Of a stretch of DNA of 64,000 nt, positions 47,433-55,799 are shown piece after piece. The stretch's first letter is position 1, and every line of letters begins with the position of its first letter. Both the position numbers and the translations under genes were made by a program. The stretch spans positions 104,123 through 168,122 of the forward strand of contig JAHWKW010000004.1 of the NCBI GenBank assembly GCA_019347675.1. Direction: 5' to 3'. This DNA is from Actinomycetota bacterium (GTDB lineage Bacteria; Actinomycetota; Nitriliruptoria; Nitriliruptorales; JAHWKO01). The notes under the pieces were generated by a model. That model made no database searches. It worked only from the letters and a program-made list of their open reading frames with translations, and was not told where the DNA came from.

Positions 47433-47899
47433 GGGCTGCCCTCCTTGACCGCCGTTGCTTCGACGTGGAAAACCCAGTCGGCCACACCCGGTGCGAACGC
47501 CGGGAAGATGACGTCGGCCACCGCCTGGACCTGGCCGCCCTGTTGCGCGCAGCTGGTCCGCACCCCCCGCCGCAGCGTCCCGTCCAGCCCATCGCTCAAG
47601 ACGTCGGCGATGCGTGCTTGGCACTCCTGGACGGTGGCTGGCGCCCGCGACCCGACCCTGACTCCTTCGTCGAGGGCAGCTCGCACCACTCCCCGCCCGT
47701 ACTGGAACACCGCAAGGTTGGCGATCATGGTCAGCAGTACGAGCGACAGGCCCACCGCCAGGACGTACTGCAACGTCACGAAGCCAGCGTGGCCGCCGAC
47801 GTCGCTCCGCCACCGGCCGTGGGACGCGGCCGCAGGTGGGCGCCGTCCCTGCCGGACAACGATCACGGCGGTCACCGGCGGGTCAACGTGCGCGTCCAT
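47429..47899 (-). CDS. TadE-like pseudopilin
   Basis: GHAGFVTLQYVLAVGLSLVLLTMIANLAVFQYGRGVVRAALDEG. The start codon is uncertain. Confidence 0.55.
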   Translation of the reverse strand: MDAHVDPPVTAVIVVRQGRRPPAAASHGRWRSDVGGHAGFVTLQYVLAVGLSLVLLTMIANLAVFQYGRGVVRAALDEGVRVGSRAPATVQECQARIADVLSDGLDGTLRRGVRTSCAQQGGQVQAVADVIFPAFAPGVADWVFHVEATAVKEGSP

Positions 47900-47903
47900 C
47901 AGT

Positions 47904-48003
47904 CAGGGTCCGACCACCAAGCCGGGCTCCGACCCCAGCAGCCAGGCTCCGACCACCAAGCCGGGATCGACCCCAGCAGCCAGGCTCCGACCTCACCAGC
48001 AGG
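47904..48003. repeat. 38/39-nt tandem repeat (2 copies plus a partial) filling the flp-tadE intergenic gap
   Basis: cagggtccgaccaccaagccgggctccgaccccagcagc (47904-47942), caggctccgaccaccaagccgggatcgaccccagcagc (47943-47980), caggctccgacctcaccagcagg (47981-48003). Confidence 0.8.
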
Positions 48004-48005
48004 GG

Positions 48006-48230
48006 TCAACGTCCGACCTGGCCACCACCACCGCTGGTGATCTGGCTGGTGATCCACTCGATGATGCTCACGCCGGCGGCTTGCAGGGCGCCCCAGATGA
48101 CGAGAAGCGCAAGGATCCCGATGGCCGCGTTCCCCAGAAGTTCCGCCGTGCTGAAGCCGTCCTCCCGCTCACGGAACTGTGTCGCCAACCCCGTCAGGCG
48201 GAGTCGCAACGCCGTGATCAGCTGCTGCAT
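48006..48230 (-). CDS. flp: Flp/Fap-type pilin precursor
   Basis: 74 aa. Leader, then G/FSTAE (Glu at +5) followed by the hydrophobic LLGNAAIGILALLVIWGAL. Positioned between tadC and the tadE-like genes. Confidence 0.6.
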   Translation of the reverse strand: MQQLITALRLRLTGLATQFREREDGFSTAELLGNAAIGILALLVIWGALQAAGVSIIEWITSQITSGGGGQVGR

Positions 48231-48273
48231 GTTGCATCCCTTCTCTCGAGTTCTTGACCTGTTGTGCCCTGCA

Positions 48274-49239
48274 TCAGCGGACCCCGAAGATCAGTGACGG
48301 CAGGGGCGCGGCGATGAACAGCAGCATCACCGGCGCGAGGATCGCGATGATCGGGAGGAGCATCGCGGCGCGGCGGCGGGTCGCCGTCCGCTTGAGCGCT
48401 TCTCGGCGGGCGTCGCGGATGTCCTCCGACAAGCTCAGCAGCGCGTCGGCGAGGTCGGCGCCGAACTCGGCGCCAGCCGCGAGCAGCCGGTAGGTCCGTG
48501 CGGCGTTGGGCTCCGGCGTCAGACGCGCCATGCGCGCGAACGCCTCCGGGGCGCGCAGTCCGGTGCTGTGGGCCCGCAGGACCTCGGCGAGCTCGTCGAC
48601 CACCGCGCCGTTGCCGCGCGCGACCACCCGCTGCACCGCCTGGATGACTCCCCCACCGATGCGCACGTTCATCGCCAGCAGCTGGTTGATCGTGTACAGC
48701 TCGATCCGCATGCGGTTGCGGCGCTCGTCGATACAGCGGTCCAACCGCCCCCGCCAACGCGTCACTCCCACCACGAAACCCAACGCCCCGGCCACCAGGA
48801 CCTCCGACGGGGACCCGCCGATCACCAGGCCGACCGCCACCCCGATCGCCGCCCCCGCGGCGGCGTTGCCAAGCTGCCGCACCCGGTAATCCTGCACTCG
48901 CCGCTCGACGGGCACGTCGACGAGGAGGCCGGCCTGGCGGAGCTTCAACAACAGCCGTTCCTCGCCGGACGCGTCGACAACACGACCCAGTCGGTCCGCC
49001 AGCGCCTGCACCGGCGGGCCGAACAACCGCCGGATGGTGCCGCCTGACAGAGCCGCGTCCGGCGTTGCGACCGAGAGCACGTCTGCGCTACGCCCCAGGC
49101 TCGTGCGGCTGGCGACCGTGTAGGGACGCACTCGTGCCGCGAGCCGGCGGGTCGGACGGACCAGCAGCGATGTGGCCAATGCCACGGCGGTGCCGGACAC
49201 GACCGCGGCGAACAGCGCCCATCCCAGCGGGGCGGTCAC
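48274..49239 (-). CDS. tadC: TadC-like (T2SS F family) membrane protein
   Basis: GTG 49239 (GTGA overlap with the tadB stop) inside ORF 48274..49332. T2SSF-like LYTINQLLAMNVRIGGGVIQAVQRV...AEFGADLADALLSLSEDIR. Confidence 0.75.
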   Translation of the reverse strand: MTAPLGWALFAAVVSGTAVALATSLLVRPTRRLAARVRPYTVASRTSLGRSADVLSVATPDAALSGGTIRRLFGPPVQALADRLGRVVDASGEERLLLKLRQAGLLVDVPVERRVQDYRVRQLGNAAAGAAIGVAVGLVIGGSPSEVLVAGALGFVVGVTRWRGRLDRCIDERRNRMRIELYTINQLLAMNVRIGGGVIQAVQRVVARGNGAVVDELAEVLRAHSTGLRAPEAFARMARLTPEPNAARTYRLLAAGAEFGADLADALLSLSEDIRDARREALKRTATRRRAAMLLPIIAILAPVMLLFIAAPLPSLIFGVR

Positions 49240-50144
49240 GTCTGCCCCTCCGGAAGCTGGCGCGAGACGGTCGCCCCGCCGCCGAACACCCGGTCCTCGC
49301 CTTGATCGCGGCCGAGGCGCCCCACGATCCACAGGCCCAGCAGGCTCAGCAGACCACCGATCAGAACGACCATGACCCCGGCTGGCGACCGATAGAAATC
49401 CCGGAAGTGGCCGGCCTGCGCGGTCAACAGCAGCAGCACGAGCCAGGGCAGCACGAACACGGCGCGCGCGTTGATGCGTTGCTCGAGGCTCTGCGTGGTG
49501 ATCTCCTCCAACGCGCGCACATCCTTGGTGGTGGCCTCAGCCAGGTCACGCAGGATCTCGGTGAGGATGTGACCGCCACGTTCGTGCGCCAGGATCAGCA
49601 CCTCGATCACCCGGTCGGAGGTGGGATCGGCGAGCTCCTCTTTGACCAGCTCGAGAGCTGGGACAACGCCGAGCAGGCGCGACAGCACCGGGTAGCGAAC
49701 GAACGCCTGCCGCAGCGGTTCCGGTCCCCCGATCGTCAAGGCCGTGACCGCCTGGTTGAGCGACAACCCGGCCGAGATGCTGGCGAGGAGCTCGCGGATG
49801 CCGTCCGGCCAGGCTTCCTGCACCTCCCGCAGGCGCGTGGTGCGACGCCGGGCGAAGTACGTGTGCGGAAGCATCCCGGTGGCCACGGCCGGCACGATCG
49901 CGACCGCCGGTGCTCCAGTGATGGTCATGACCACCACGAACGTCACAAGACCGGCGGCCACCGAACCGACCGCGAACTGGCGTGGGGTGAGGTCCGCCCC
50001 GGCCTGGATCAACCACAGCTGGCGGCGGCTGACCTGGGTCGGCGTCCGGCCGCGGCCGAGGTCGAAGTGAGGCAGGCTGCCGGTCACGGCCCCGACGGCC
50101 AGCGACACGAACAGGCCGGTGATGGCCGCGGCCAGCAACGTCAC
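49236..50144 (-). CDS. tadB: TadB-like (T2SS F family) membrane protein
   Basis: GTG 50144 inside ORF 49236..50267. WPDGIRELLASISAGLSLNQAV...VIEVLILAHERGGHILTEILRDLAEATTKD. Confidence 0.75.
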   Translation of the reverse strand: MTLLAAAITGLFVSLAVGAVTGSLPHFDLGRGRTPTQVSRRQLWLIQAGADLTPRQFAVGSVAAGLVTFVVVMTITGAPAVAIVPAVATGMLPHTYFARRRTTRLREVQEAWPDGIRELLASISAGLSLNQAVTALTIGGPEPLRQAFVRYPVLSRLLGVVPALELVKEELADPTSDRVIEVLILAHERGGHILTEILRDLAEATTKDVRALEEITTQSLEQRINARAVFVLPWLVLLLLTAQAGHFRDFYRSPAGVMVVLIGGLLSLLGLWIVGRLGRDQGEDRVFGGGATVSRQLPEGQT

Positions 50145-50172
50145 CGCGGCCCTCCTGGTGCCGTTGTCCCGC

Positions 50173-50694
50173 TCATAGCGGCGAGCTCCGACCCTCGAGG
50201 ATCGCCCGTAACGTGAACCCCTCCGGGAGCGCCCGCTCCATGCGCTCCGCAGCGGGCGGGACGGCACCCGTCCACACCAGCGGCTTGCCGAGTTCCTGGC
50301 GCACGAAGATCGGTTCAGTGCTGAAGTCGGCGTGCAGCGAGGGCACGAGCGCGAGGATCTCCATCACCTGCCGCCGGATGCCGTGACGGGGATCGGCTCG
50401 GTTGATGTCGTCCCGGTCGAGGTGCACCACCACGTCGATCGCCGACGCGAACACCTTCCTCACGATCGTTTCCGTCACGTTCTCTCCGGCCATGATCGCG
50501 GCGTTGACCAGCGCGTTGAGCGCGTCACGCGCCCCGTTGGCGTGCACGGTCACCGCGAACCCACAGCCGGCGTTGACCGCTCTGGTGAGCTCGAAGGCTT
50601 CGGCTCCGCGAACCTCACCCACAACGATGTGGTCTGGGCGCATCGACAGGGCGGTGCGTAACCGACCCCGCGCGAGAGTCCCCGCTTCGGGCGG
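50173..50694 (-). pseudogene. cpaF: CpaF/TadA secretion ATPase, C-terminal ~170 codons only (5'-truncated)
   Basis: Reads LRTALSMRPDHIVVGEVRGAEAFELTRAVNAGCGFAVTVHANGARDALNAL... to the stop at 50173. An in-frame TAA lies at 50695-50697, and only 82 nt separate it from the HxlR gene. No Walker A/B region is present anywhere nearby. Confidence 0.75.
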
Positions 50695-50779
50695 TTACCG
50701 CTCCCCGTCGGACGGCCGGGAACGCGCGAAACCGCCGTCGTCACGTGTCCGTCACGGAGCACAGCTCACGAGGCCTCGG

Positions 50780-51496
50780 TCAGGTCGGTCGTCTTCGTTC
50801 GAGCGCTGGAGCGATGTGCGCGAACGGGCTGGGTTGTATCCAGGTGGGGAACGCCTTTTGCAGGTCCGTTGGCCCTTGTGCGTGGAAGCGTCCCGAGCTC
50901 ACCATCTGTTGGAACGTGGTGCGTCGGAGGTTCCACTGCGCGAGCGTCTCGGCGTCGGTTGTGACGATCATGTCCTCGGTCCGTCCCGGATGTGATGTGC
51001 ACAGCTCAGCGCGGGGGCGGTGGAGGACCATCCAGAAGCGCCGCACGGGCTCACCTTGCAAGTCGAAGCGCACCACAACCCCGCGCCGCGGAACCTTGTC
51101 GAGATCGACGAGTTGGCTCGTAGCCCACAGGACGTAGGCGGGGTCGAGGTGGTGTGGCTGCAGTTCGAGCCACCGCGACCCCCACGCTCCCATGGCGTCG
51201 CACACGGCCTTCAATTCCCAGCCGCTCTCTGTCAACGTGTACACGGATCCCCGCCCGTCCTCCTTGCGGCTGCTGACGACGACGCCGTGCCGCTCAAGCA
51301 GCCTGAGACGTTCCGCGAGAAGGGCCTTCGGGATCCCCGGCGCCCCGTCCCGCAACTCCGTGAAGGTGCGACACCCGGCCGCGAGGTTGCGCACGATGAT
51401 CGGGGTCCACCGCTCCGCGAACAGTTCGGACGTCCGCGCGATCGGGCAGTACTGACCGTAACTCTTCATGGGCACAGTCTCGGCGGTCTCGATCAA
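50780..51496 (-). CDS. HxlR-family transcriptional regulator with extended C-terminal domain
   Basis: YCPIARTSELFAERWTPIIVRNLAAGCRTFTELRDGAPGIPKALLAERLRLLERHGVV. 238 aa, about twice typical HxlR length. The start may be ATG 51469. Confidence 0.8.
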   Translation of the reverse strand: MIETAETVPMKSYGQYCPIARTSELFAERWTPIIVRNLAAGCRTFTELRDGAPGIPKALLAERLRLLERHGVVVSSRKEDGRGSVYTLTESGWELKAVCDAMGAWGSRWLELQPHHLDPAYVLWATSQLVDLDKVPRRGVVVRFDLQGEPVRRFWMVLHRPRAELCTSHPGRTEDMIVTTDAETLAQWNLRRTTFQQMVSSGRFHAQGPTDLQKAFPTWIQPSPFAHIAPALERRRPT

Positions 51497-51600
51497 CCAG
51501 GCAAGTTCAGATTTTGGGATTGACCGGACGGCACGGCCTGCAGGACGCTCCCTCTGGATCGAGACGGACTTGAAGGAGTCCCAGAAGGGAGCAGGCTGAG

Positions 51601-52034
51601 GTGGACGGTTACTTCCTGGAAGACGGCCGCGGCGAGTCCGCGGATCTCGGCATCGTCTGTATGCGGGTCATCGTCTCGAAGGCACGAACGAACGGAACGT
51701 TCGGGATCGCTGAGTTCCGCGGATCCGAAGGCGCATGGACAGTCCCCCACGTCCACCGGCACATGGAGGAGTCCTTCTACGTACTCGAAGGCACCTTCGA
51801 CTTCGCTTGCGGAGAACGCAGGTTCCAGGCCGACAAGGGCGCCTTCCTTATGGTTCCCCGGGACACGCCCCACGTCATGGCGGCAGGGCCAGGCGGTGGC
51901 ACGCTGCTCGTAGTGTTCACTCCCGGGGGACTCGAGGACATGTTCCTGCAACTCGGCCGACTCCAGAGAACAGCATCACTGACCCAGGGATCAGAGCCGA
52001 GATCGCCAGCCGGTACGACTCGATCCCGGTCTGA
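51601..52034 (+). pseudogene. Cupin-domain protein, frame break near 51960
   Basis: GTG start. GTFGIAEFRGSEGAWTVPHVHRHMEESFYVLEGTFDF...LMVPRDTPH...GGLEDMFLQLGRL, then a 1-nt shift restores PENSITDPGIRAEIASRYDSIPV stop (52034). Divergent from the HxlR gene. Confidence 0.6.
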
Positions 52035-52261
52035 GGAAGCCGTCGCGTTGGCGCCGACACGCGCCGACAACCGAACCGGGGCCGAATCATGCGCGCCTCG
52101 CCATCTCGGAGAGGCGCGCATATCCACGGCTTCGATCACGGCCTACGGGCGTTATCCCGATACGGCGTTGCCATCTCGAACCCCACCTACCGCTTTCCCC
52201 CTGCGGCACACACGTTCGCGAGCTCGTCTCCGCACCTACGCCATTCGCAGACACGGTCTGG

Positions 52262-52670
52262 TCATGAGGTACGCGGGACCGCCGGCCGCGCTCCGACGGC
52301 ACCGAGGATGTGGAGTCCGACGATGCCCCACGCGAGCCCGAATACCACGGAGACGCCGAAGGCCACTGCGCCGGGAAGGACGTCGAGCGCGTTCACCATG
52401 ATGCGTGCGACGAGGAACGAGCAGACCGATCCCACCGGCGATCCCTAGCAGGGTCCCCAGTCGCTGAGTGTCGCCCTCACGGCGCAGGACGCCTCCCGCA
52501 ACGACCGCAGCGATACTGATAAGCAGCCGGCCGAAGTTCATCCCCGCCTCGAAGGGCGGCTCGACAAGCACCGCAACGCCCACCACGGCACCTATCGCCA
52601 GGACCGCAGCGACGCCTGCCAGCCACGTCGCGACCGTCCGGCGCCATCCGGGTCCCCCTCGGCGCACCAT
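52262..52670 (-). pseudogene. Small multi-TM membrane protein, apparent frame break near 52420
   Basis: WLAGVAAVLAIGAVVGVAVLV...MNFGRLLISIAAVVAGGVL...GIAGGIGL in one frame. This continues as FLVARIMVNALDVLPGAVAFGVSVVFGLAWGIVGLHILGAV stop (52262) in another. Confidence 0.4.
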
Positions 52671-52672
52671 TG

Positions 52673-53104
52673 ATGGCAGCTGCGCTCGCGCTGACCAACC
52701 CCGCGGTAGCGGGCGCTGGGACCGGTGCCGAGGCGGAACTGGCCGAGGTGCGGCGAGCCACGGCCCGCTACCACGACATCGAGCGTGCGGTCGCGGACGG
52801 CTACGTGCGCCGTTCCGACTGCGTCCCGCACATGGGGTACCACTACGTCCGCTCGGTCGCGGGGGACGCGAGCGAGCTCCAACCCACGGTCCCAAACATC
52901 CTCGTGTACGCCCGCCGGGGCAATGGGTCCCTGCGCCTCGTCGCCGTGGAGTACGCGAGCATGAAGCCCGCCACCTTGTTCGGCCGGGCCTTCGATCCTC
53001 CCCACCCGGGCGGACCGCCGTTCCACACCCTCCACACGTGGATCTGGCAGGCGAACCCCGACGGCACGTTCGCGGCTCTGAACCGCAACATCTCATGCAC
53101 GTGA
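52673..53104 (+). CDS. Secreted protein of unknown function
   Basis: Signal-like MAAALALTNPAVAGAG, then conserved-looking HMGYHYV and LHTWIWQANPDGTFAALNRN. Normal codon bias. Confidence 0.6.
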   Translation: MAAALALTNPAVAGAGTGAEAELAEVRRATARYHDIERAVADGYVRRSDCVPHMGYHYVRSVAGDASELQPTVPNILVYARRGNGSLRLVAVEYASMKPATLFGRAFDPPHPGGPPFHTLHTWIWQANPDGTFAALNRNISCT

Positions 53105-53877
53105 ACTGTCAGCGGCGGCAGCGATGATCCAACCCATCACGACCAGGGTGCGGCGGCCCCGAACGGCCGCCGCCCCGTCGCGGGCAGCGGCACCTCGGCG
53201 AGTGCTCATGGCAACGCCGTGAAGCGTCCGCGCGAGGTTGCCGTTCGCTCTGATCGTCTGAACGCCCACCCTGTGATAGGCGTGACGCGGTCATGGTCTC
53301 ATGCTCGTTGTGCTCCGGTGGCCGCATCCTGGCCCCGCGCACAACCACTGGGTTCTGAGCACGTTGTCTCGGGCGGGGCAGCCCGGCTACACGAGTCCCG
53401 GGAAACTGCGGTAGTTGGCGCATGACGTTCGACGCGGAACACGGCATAAGCGCCACACTCCCGGACCCGCGGTGGCCGAAGCCGGGACGGGCCGTAGCGG
53501 CGTTTGTTTTGCGAGCCGCTCGGACTACCGCATTCAGGAGCCGTGCAGCTGGACGCGAACCGCGCGACATTCCCCGTTGCGGGCGGCTGGTACGGCGACG
53601 TCCGCAGGCCCAGAGCGCACGTAACTGATTGCCGCCGTCCGTCACATAGTACTCCGCCAACGGGGCTATCTGGTTGTCATCGGCGGCAGGCTGATCGGCT
53701 CCAGGCGACACAACGACCGGAGAGTGTCTGTGAAGCCGAGCCGTCAGACACCCAATGACCATAGGAGGAGCCGTAGGAATCGATCATGAAGCCCCCTGAG
53801 TCTTCACCTCTCCCGATAGTGGCGGCATCAGCGCATCCTGCTGGGCGCCGAGCTGCTCCACCCGTCGTCGCGGTGGG

Positions 53878-54729
53878 TTATGAGCCCTTCTCGACCAAGA
53901 CTGGACCACTGCTCCAGTGAGCGATATGAACGTCGACTCTATTGAGTCCAAACTTCATCGAGGTGCGCGCATCGATACTAAGGGCCGTTTCACCGACTGT
54001 CTTGACGATTCGCTGAGTGAGAGACGCATCAATTGGTATAGGCGCCCCCAAGGGAAGGTCGGCCCCCGTTCGCGACAGGAACCGTCGGTTAATCAGGCCT
54101 AGATTGTGGACGAGCAGGTTCCTTACCTCGATGAAATACATCATCTCGCGAACCGCATCCTCATCGGGCACCAGCGTAAAACCCAAAGCGCGTTCCAAGT
54201 CGGCCTGCAAGTCGTAAAAACCCTTATATGTAAGGGTGACGACCCGTTCTTCAGCGAGCCAGTCGATGAGTTCCGAAAGGTCGTCGTACTCGAGTACCTG
54301 GTCAATGCGCACCGTCTGACCCGAGCGCAAAGTCTCTGGACGGGCACGAAAAATCTCCCCAAGTAGTTGACCGATATACGCCAAAAATGAGTCGACCGAA
54401 TTACTTATCAATGACTCCAATATGACGCCGCGATTGCGCTTCACCGCCTCCAAATGACGAGTCGATTTCGCTAGGCTTTCAAGACGCTCACTTGACATCG
54501 CGTCGCCCTCATCAATTAAGGCCAAAAGCTTGACGTTGGCTCGTTCTTGCTCGTCAGCCCACGCTGCCAGGTTTGCCATGTCTGAGTAGAACTGAATCAT
54601 CTGCGAGTGGCGACGGAGAAACCTCGCGGCCGATTGCGTGAGCGGTATCGATTCAATCCGGGACTCGCCCGCTGTCTCCTGTGGGTCCATGCCGATGAGC
54701 GTATGGTGCAAGCTCGGGGGCGTCACCAA
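53878..54729 (-). CDS. Orphan HEPN-like protein (E-x-R-N-x3-H motif), low-GC
   Basis: 283 aa. MYFIEVRNLLVHNLG, with R-x4-H encoded by the complement of 54107-54124. Local GC is roughly 40-55% against ~70% in the flanks (counted on two 60-nt lines). The start may be ATG 54690. Confidence 0.55.
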   Translation of the reverse strand: MVTPPSLHHTLIGMDPQETAGESRIESIPLTQSAARFLRRHSQMIQFYSDMANLAAWADEQERANVKLLALIDEGDAMSSERLESLAKSTRHLEAVKRNRGVILESLISNSVDSFLAYIGQLLGEIFRARPETLRSGQTVRIDQVLEYDDLSELIDWLAEERVVTLTYKGFYDLQADLERALGFTLVPDEDAVREMMYFIEVRNLLVHNLGLINRRFLSRTGADLPLGAPIPIDASLTQRIVKTVGETALSIDARTSMKFGLNRVDVHIAHWSSGPVLVEKGS

Positions 54730-54827
54730 TCATCATCCACCAAGTCGAGGCGGTTCACTATCAGGGACTAAGGACTGCGCCAATGGGTGCGTGAAGAAAG
54801 CCGGTCTAGGGTAGCGGTTGGGCGCTG

Positions 54828-55189
54828 TCAGGTCGGTGTGGTGTCGTCCAGGAGCTGTTCGGCGGCTTCGCGTGACACGTCTTCCATGGCCGTGATGATC
54901 TCGTCGAGGTGACGTCGGTTGGCGATCCACTGTTCGTACAGCTGGGCCTGGCGGGGAGTGAGACGGCGGGTGACGGTCTTGCCGGCAACTTTTCGGGCTC
55001 CTGGTAGTAGGGCCCGGGACGTTGCGGCGGGTCGGCGTGGCAGCGGCATGAGGGCGTGCTGCAGGTGGTGAACCGTCGGGTGACGCTGCCCTGGCTGATG
55101 AAGCCCGGTTCGCTGATCTGGGCGGCGAGGTCGAGGTAGCGGCGCCGGGCCGCGGGTCGGTCGCCGGGGTCGATGCCAGGGTCGGTCAC
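54828..55189 (-). pseudogene. DUF6788-like protein, frameshifted
   Basis: ORF 54806..55189 reads ...GSVTRRFTTCSTPSCRCHADPPQRPGPYYQ. ORF 54828..55049 in another frame continues RKVAGKTVTRRLTPRQAQLYEQWIANRRHLDEIITAMEDVSREAAEQLL. Confidence 0.5.
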
Positions 55190-55224
55190 AGGATGCTCCT
55201 TGCGGGTCAGGGTAGGCGGGCCGG

Positions 55225-55600
55225 GTGCTTGCCTCCCGGGTGGGATGCGGGCGCTGGCACCGGGGGGTCGTCGACGCCGTGTGGGCGGCCGTGCAACCGC
55301 TGCTGCCGTCCAGGCCGTCCGATGCGCATCCGCTGGGCTGTCACCAGCCCCGCATCGCCGACCGTGACCGCTTCGAGGCGCTCCTGGTGCGGCTGGTCAC
55401 CGGCTGCTCGTGGCGGACCACCGCGGCGCTGAGCGGGATGAGCGGGACCACGCTGCGGCGCCGACGCGACGAGTGGGTGACCGCCGGGGGTGTTCGAGAC
55501 GCTGGCCGATGAGGCCATCGCCGCCTACGACCGCATCGTGGGGCTCGACCTGTCCGAGGTCGTGGTCGACGGGTCGATCCACAAGGCCCACTTTGGTGCT
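55225..55600 (+). mobile_element. IS5-family transposase N-terminal fragment (frameshifted, truncated)
   Basis: VVDAVWAAVQPLLPSRPSDAHPLGCHQPRIADRDRFEALLVRLVTGCSWRTTAALSGMSGTTLRRRRDEWVTAG. After a G5 run (~55488), VFETLADEAIAAYDRIVGLDLSEVVVDGSIHKA follows. No DDE core and no inverted repeats seen. Confidence 0.6.
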
Positions 55601-55799
55601 CGAGCATCCCAGCGATCCTGCCGTCCGCTAGAACCAGAACGCCGGCGATTATGAGCCATCCGCGCTCCGAGGCGTTCCCGCCCAGAACCACTGCGATGCC
55701 GTACGCCAGCGCGTTGGGGCACTACTACAACACCGACGCCGAGGTCGACCGGTTCTGCTACCTCCCACCTCCTCCTACCTGCCGCCTGGCCTGACAGCC

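Noticed and set aside
52236-53096. 286-aa minus-strand ORF
   Set aside because: Mostly antisense to the secreted-protein gene 52673..53104. Only its 3' third overlaps a plausible, frame-broken small membrane protein, which is reported separately.
53109-53762. 217-aa minus-strand ORF between the secreted-protein gene and the HEPN-like gene
   Set aside because: Arg/Pro/Gly-rich with no recognisable motif, no Shine-Dalgarno and no coding-like periodicity by eye. Left unannotated and reported as an unexplained region instead.
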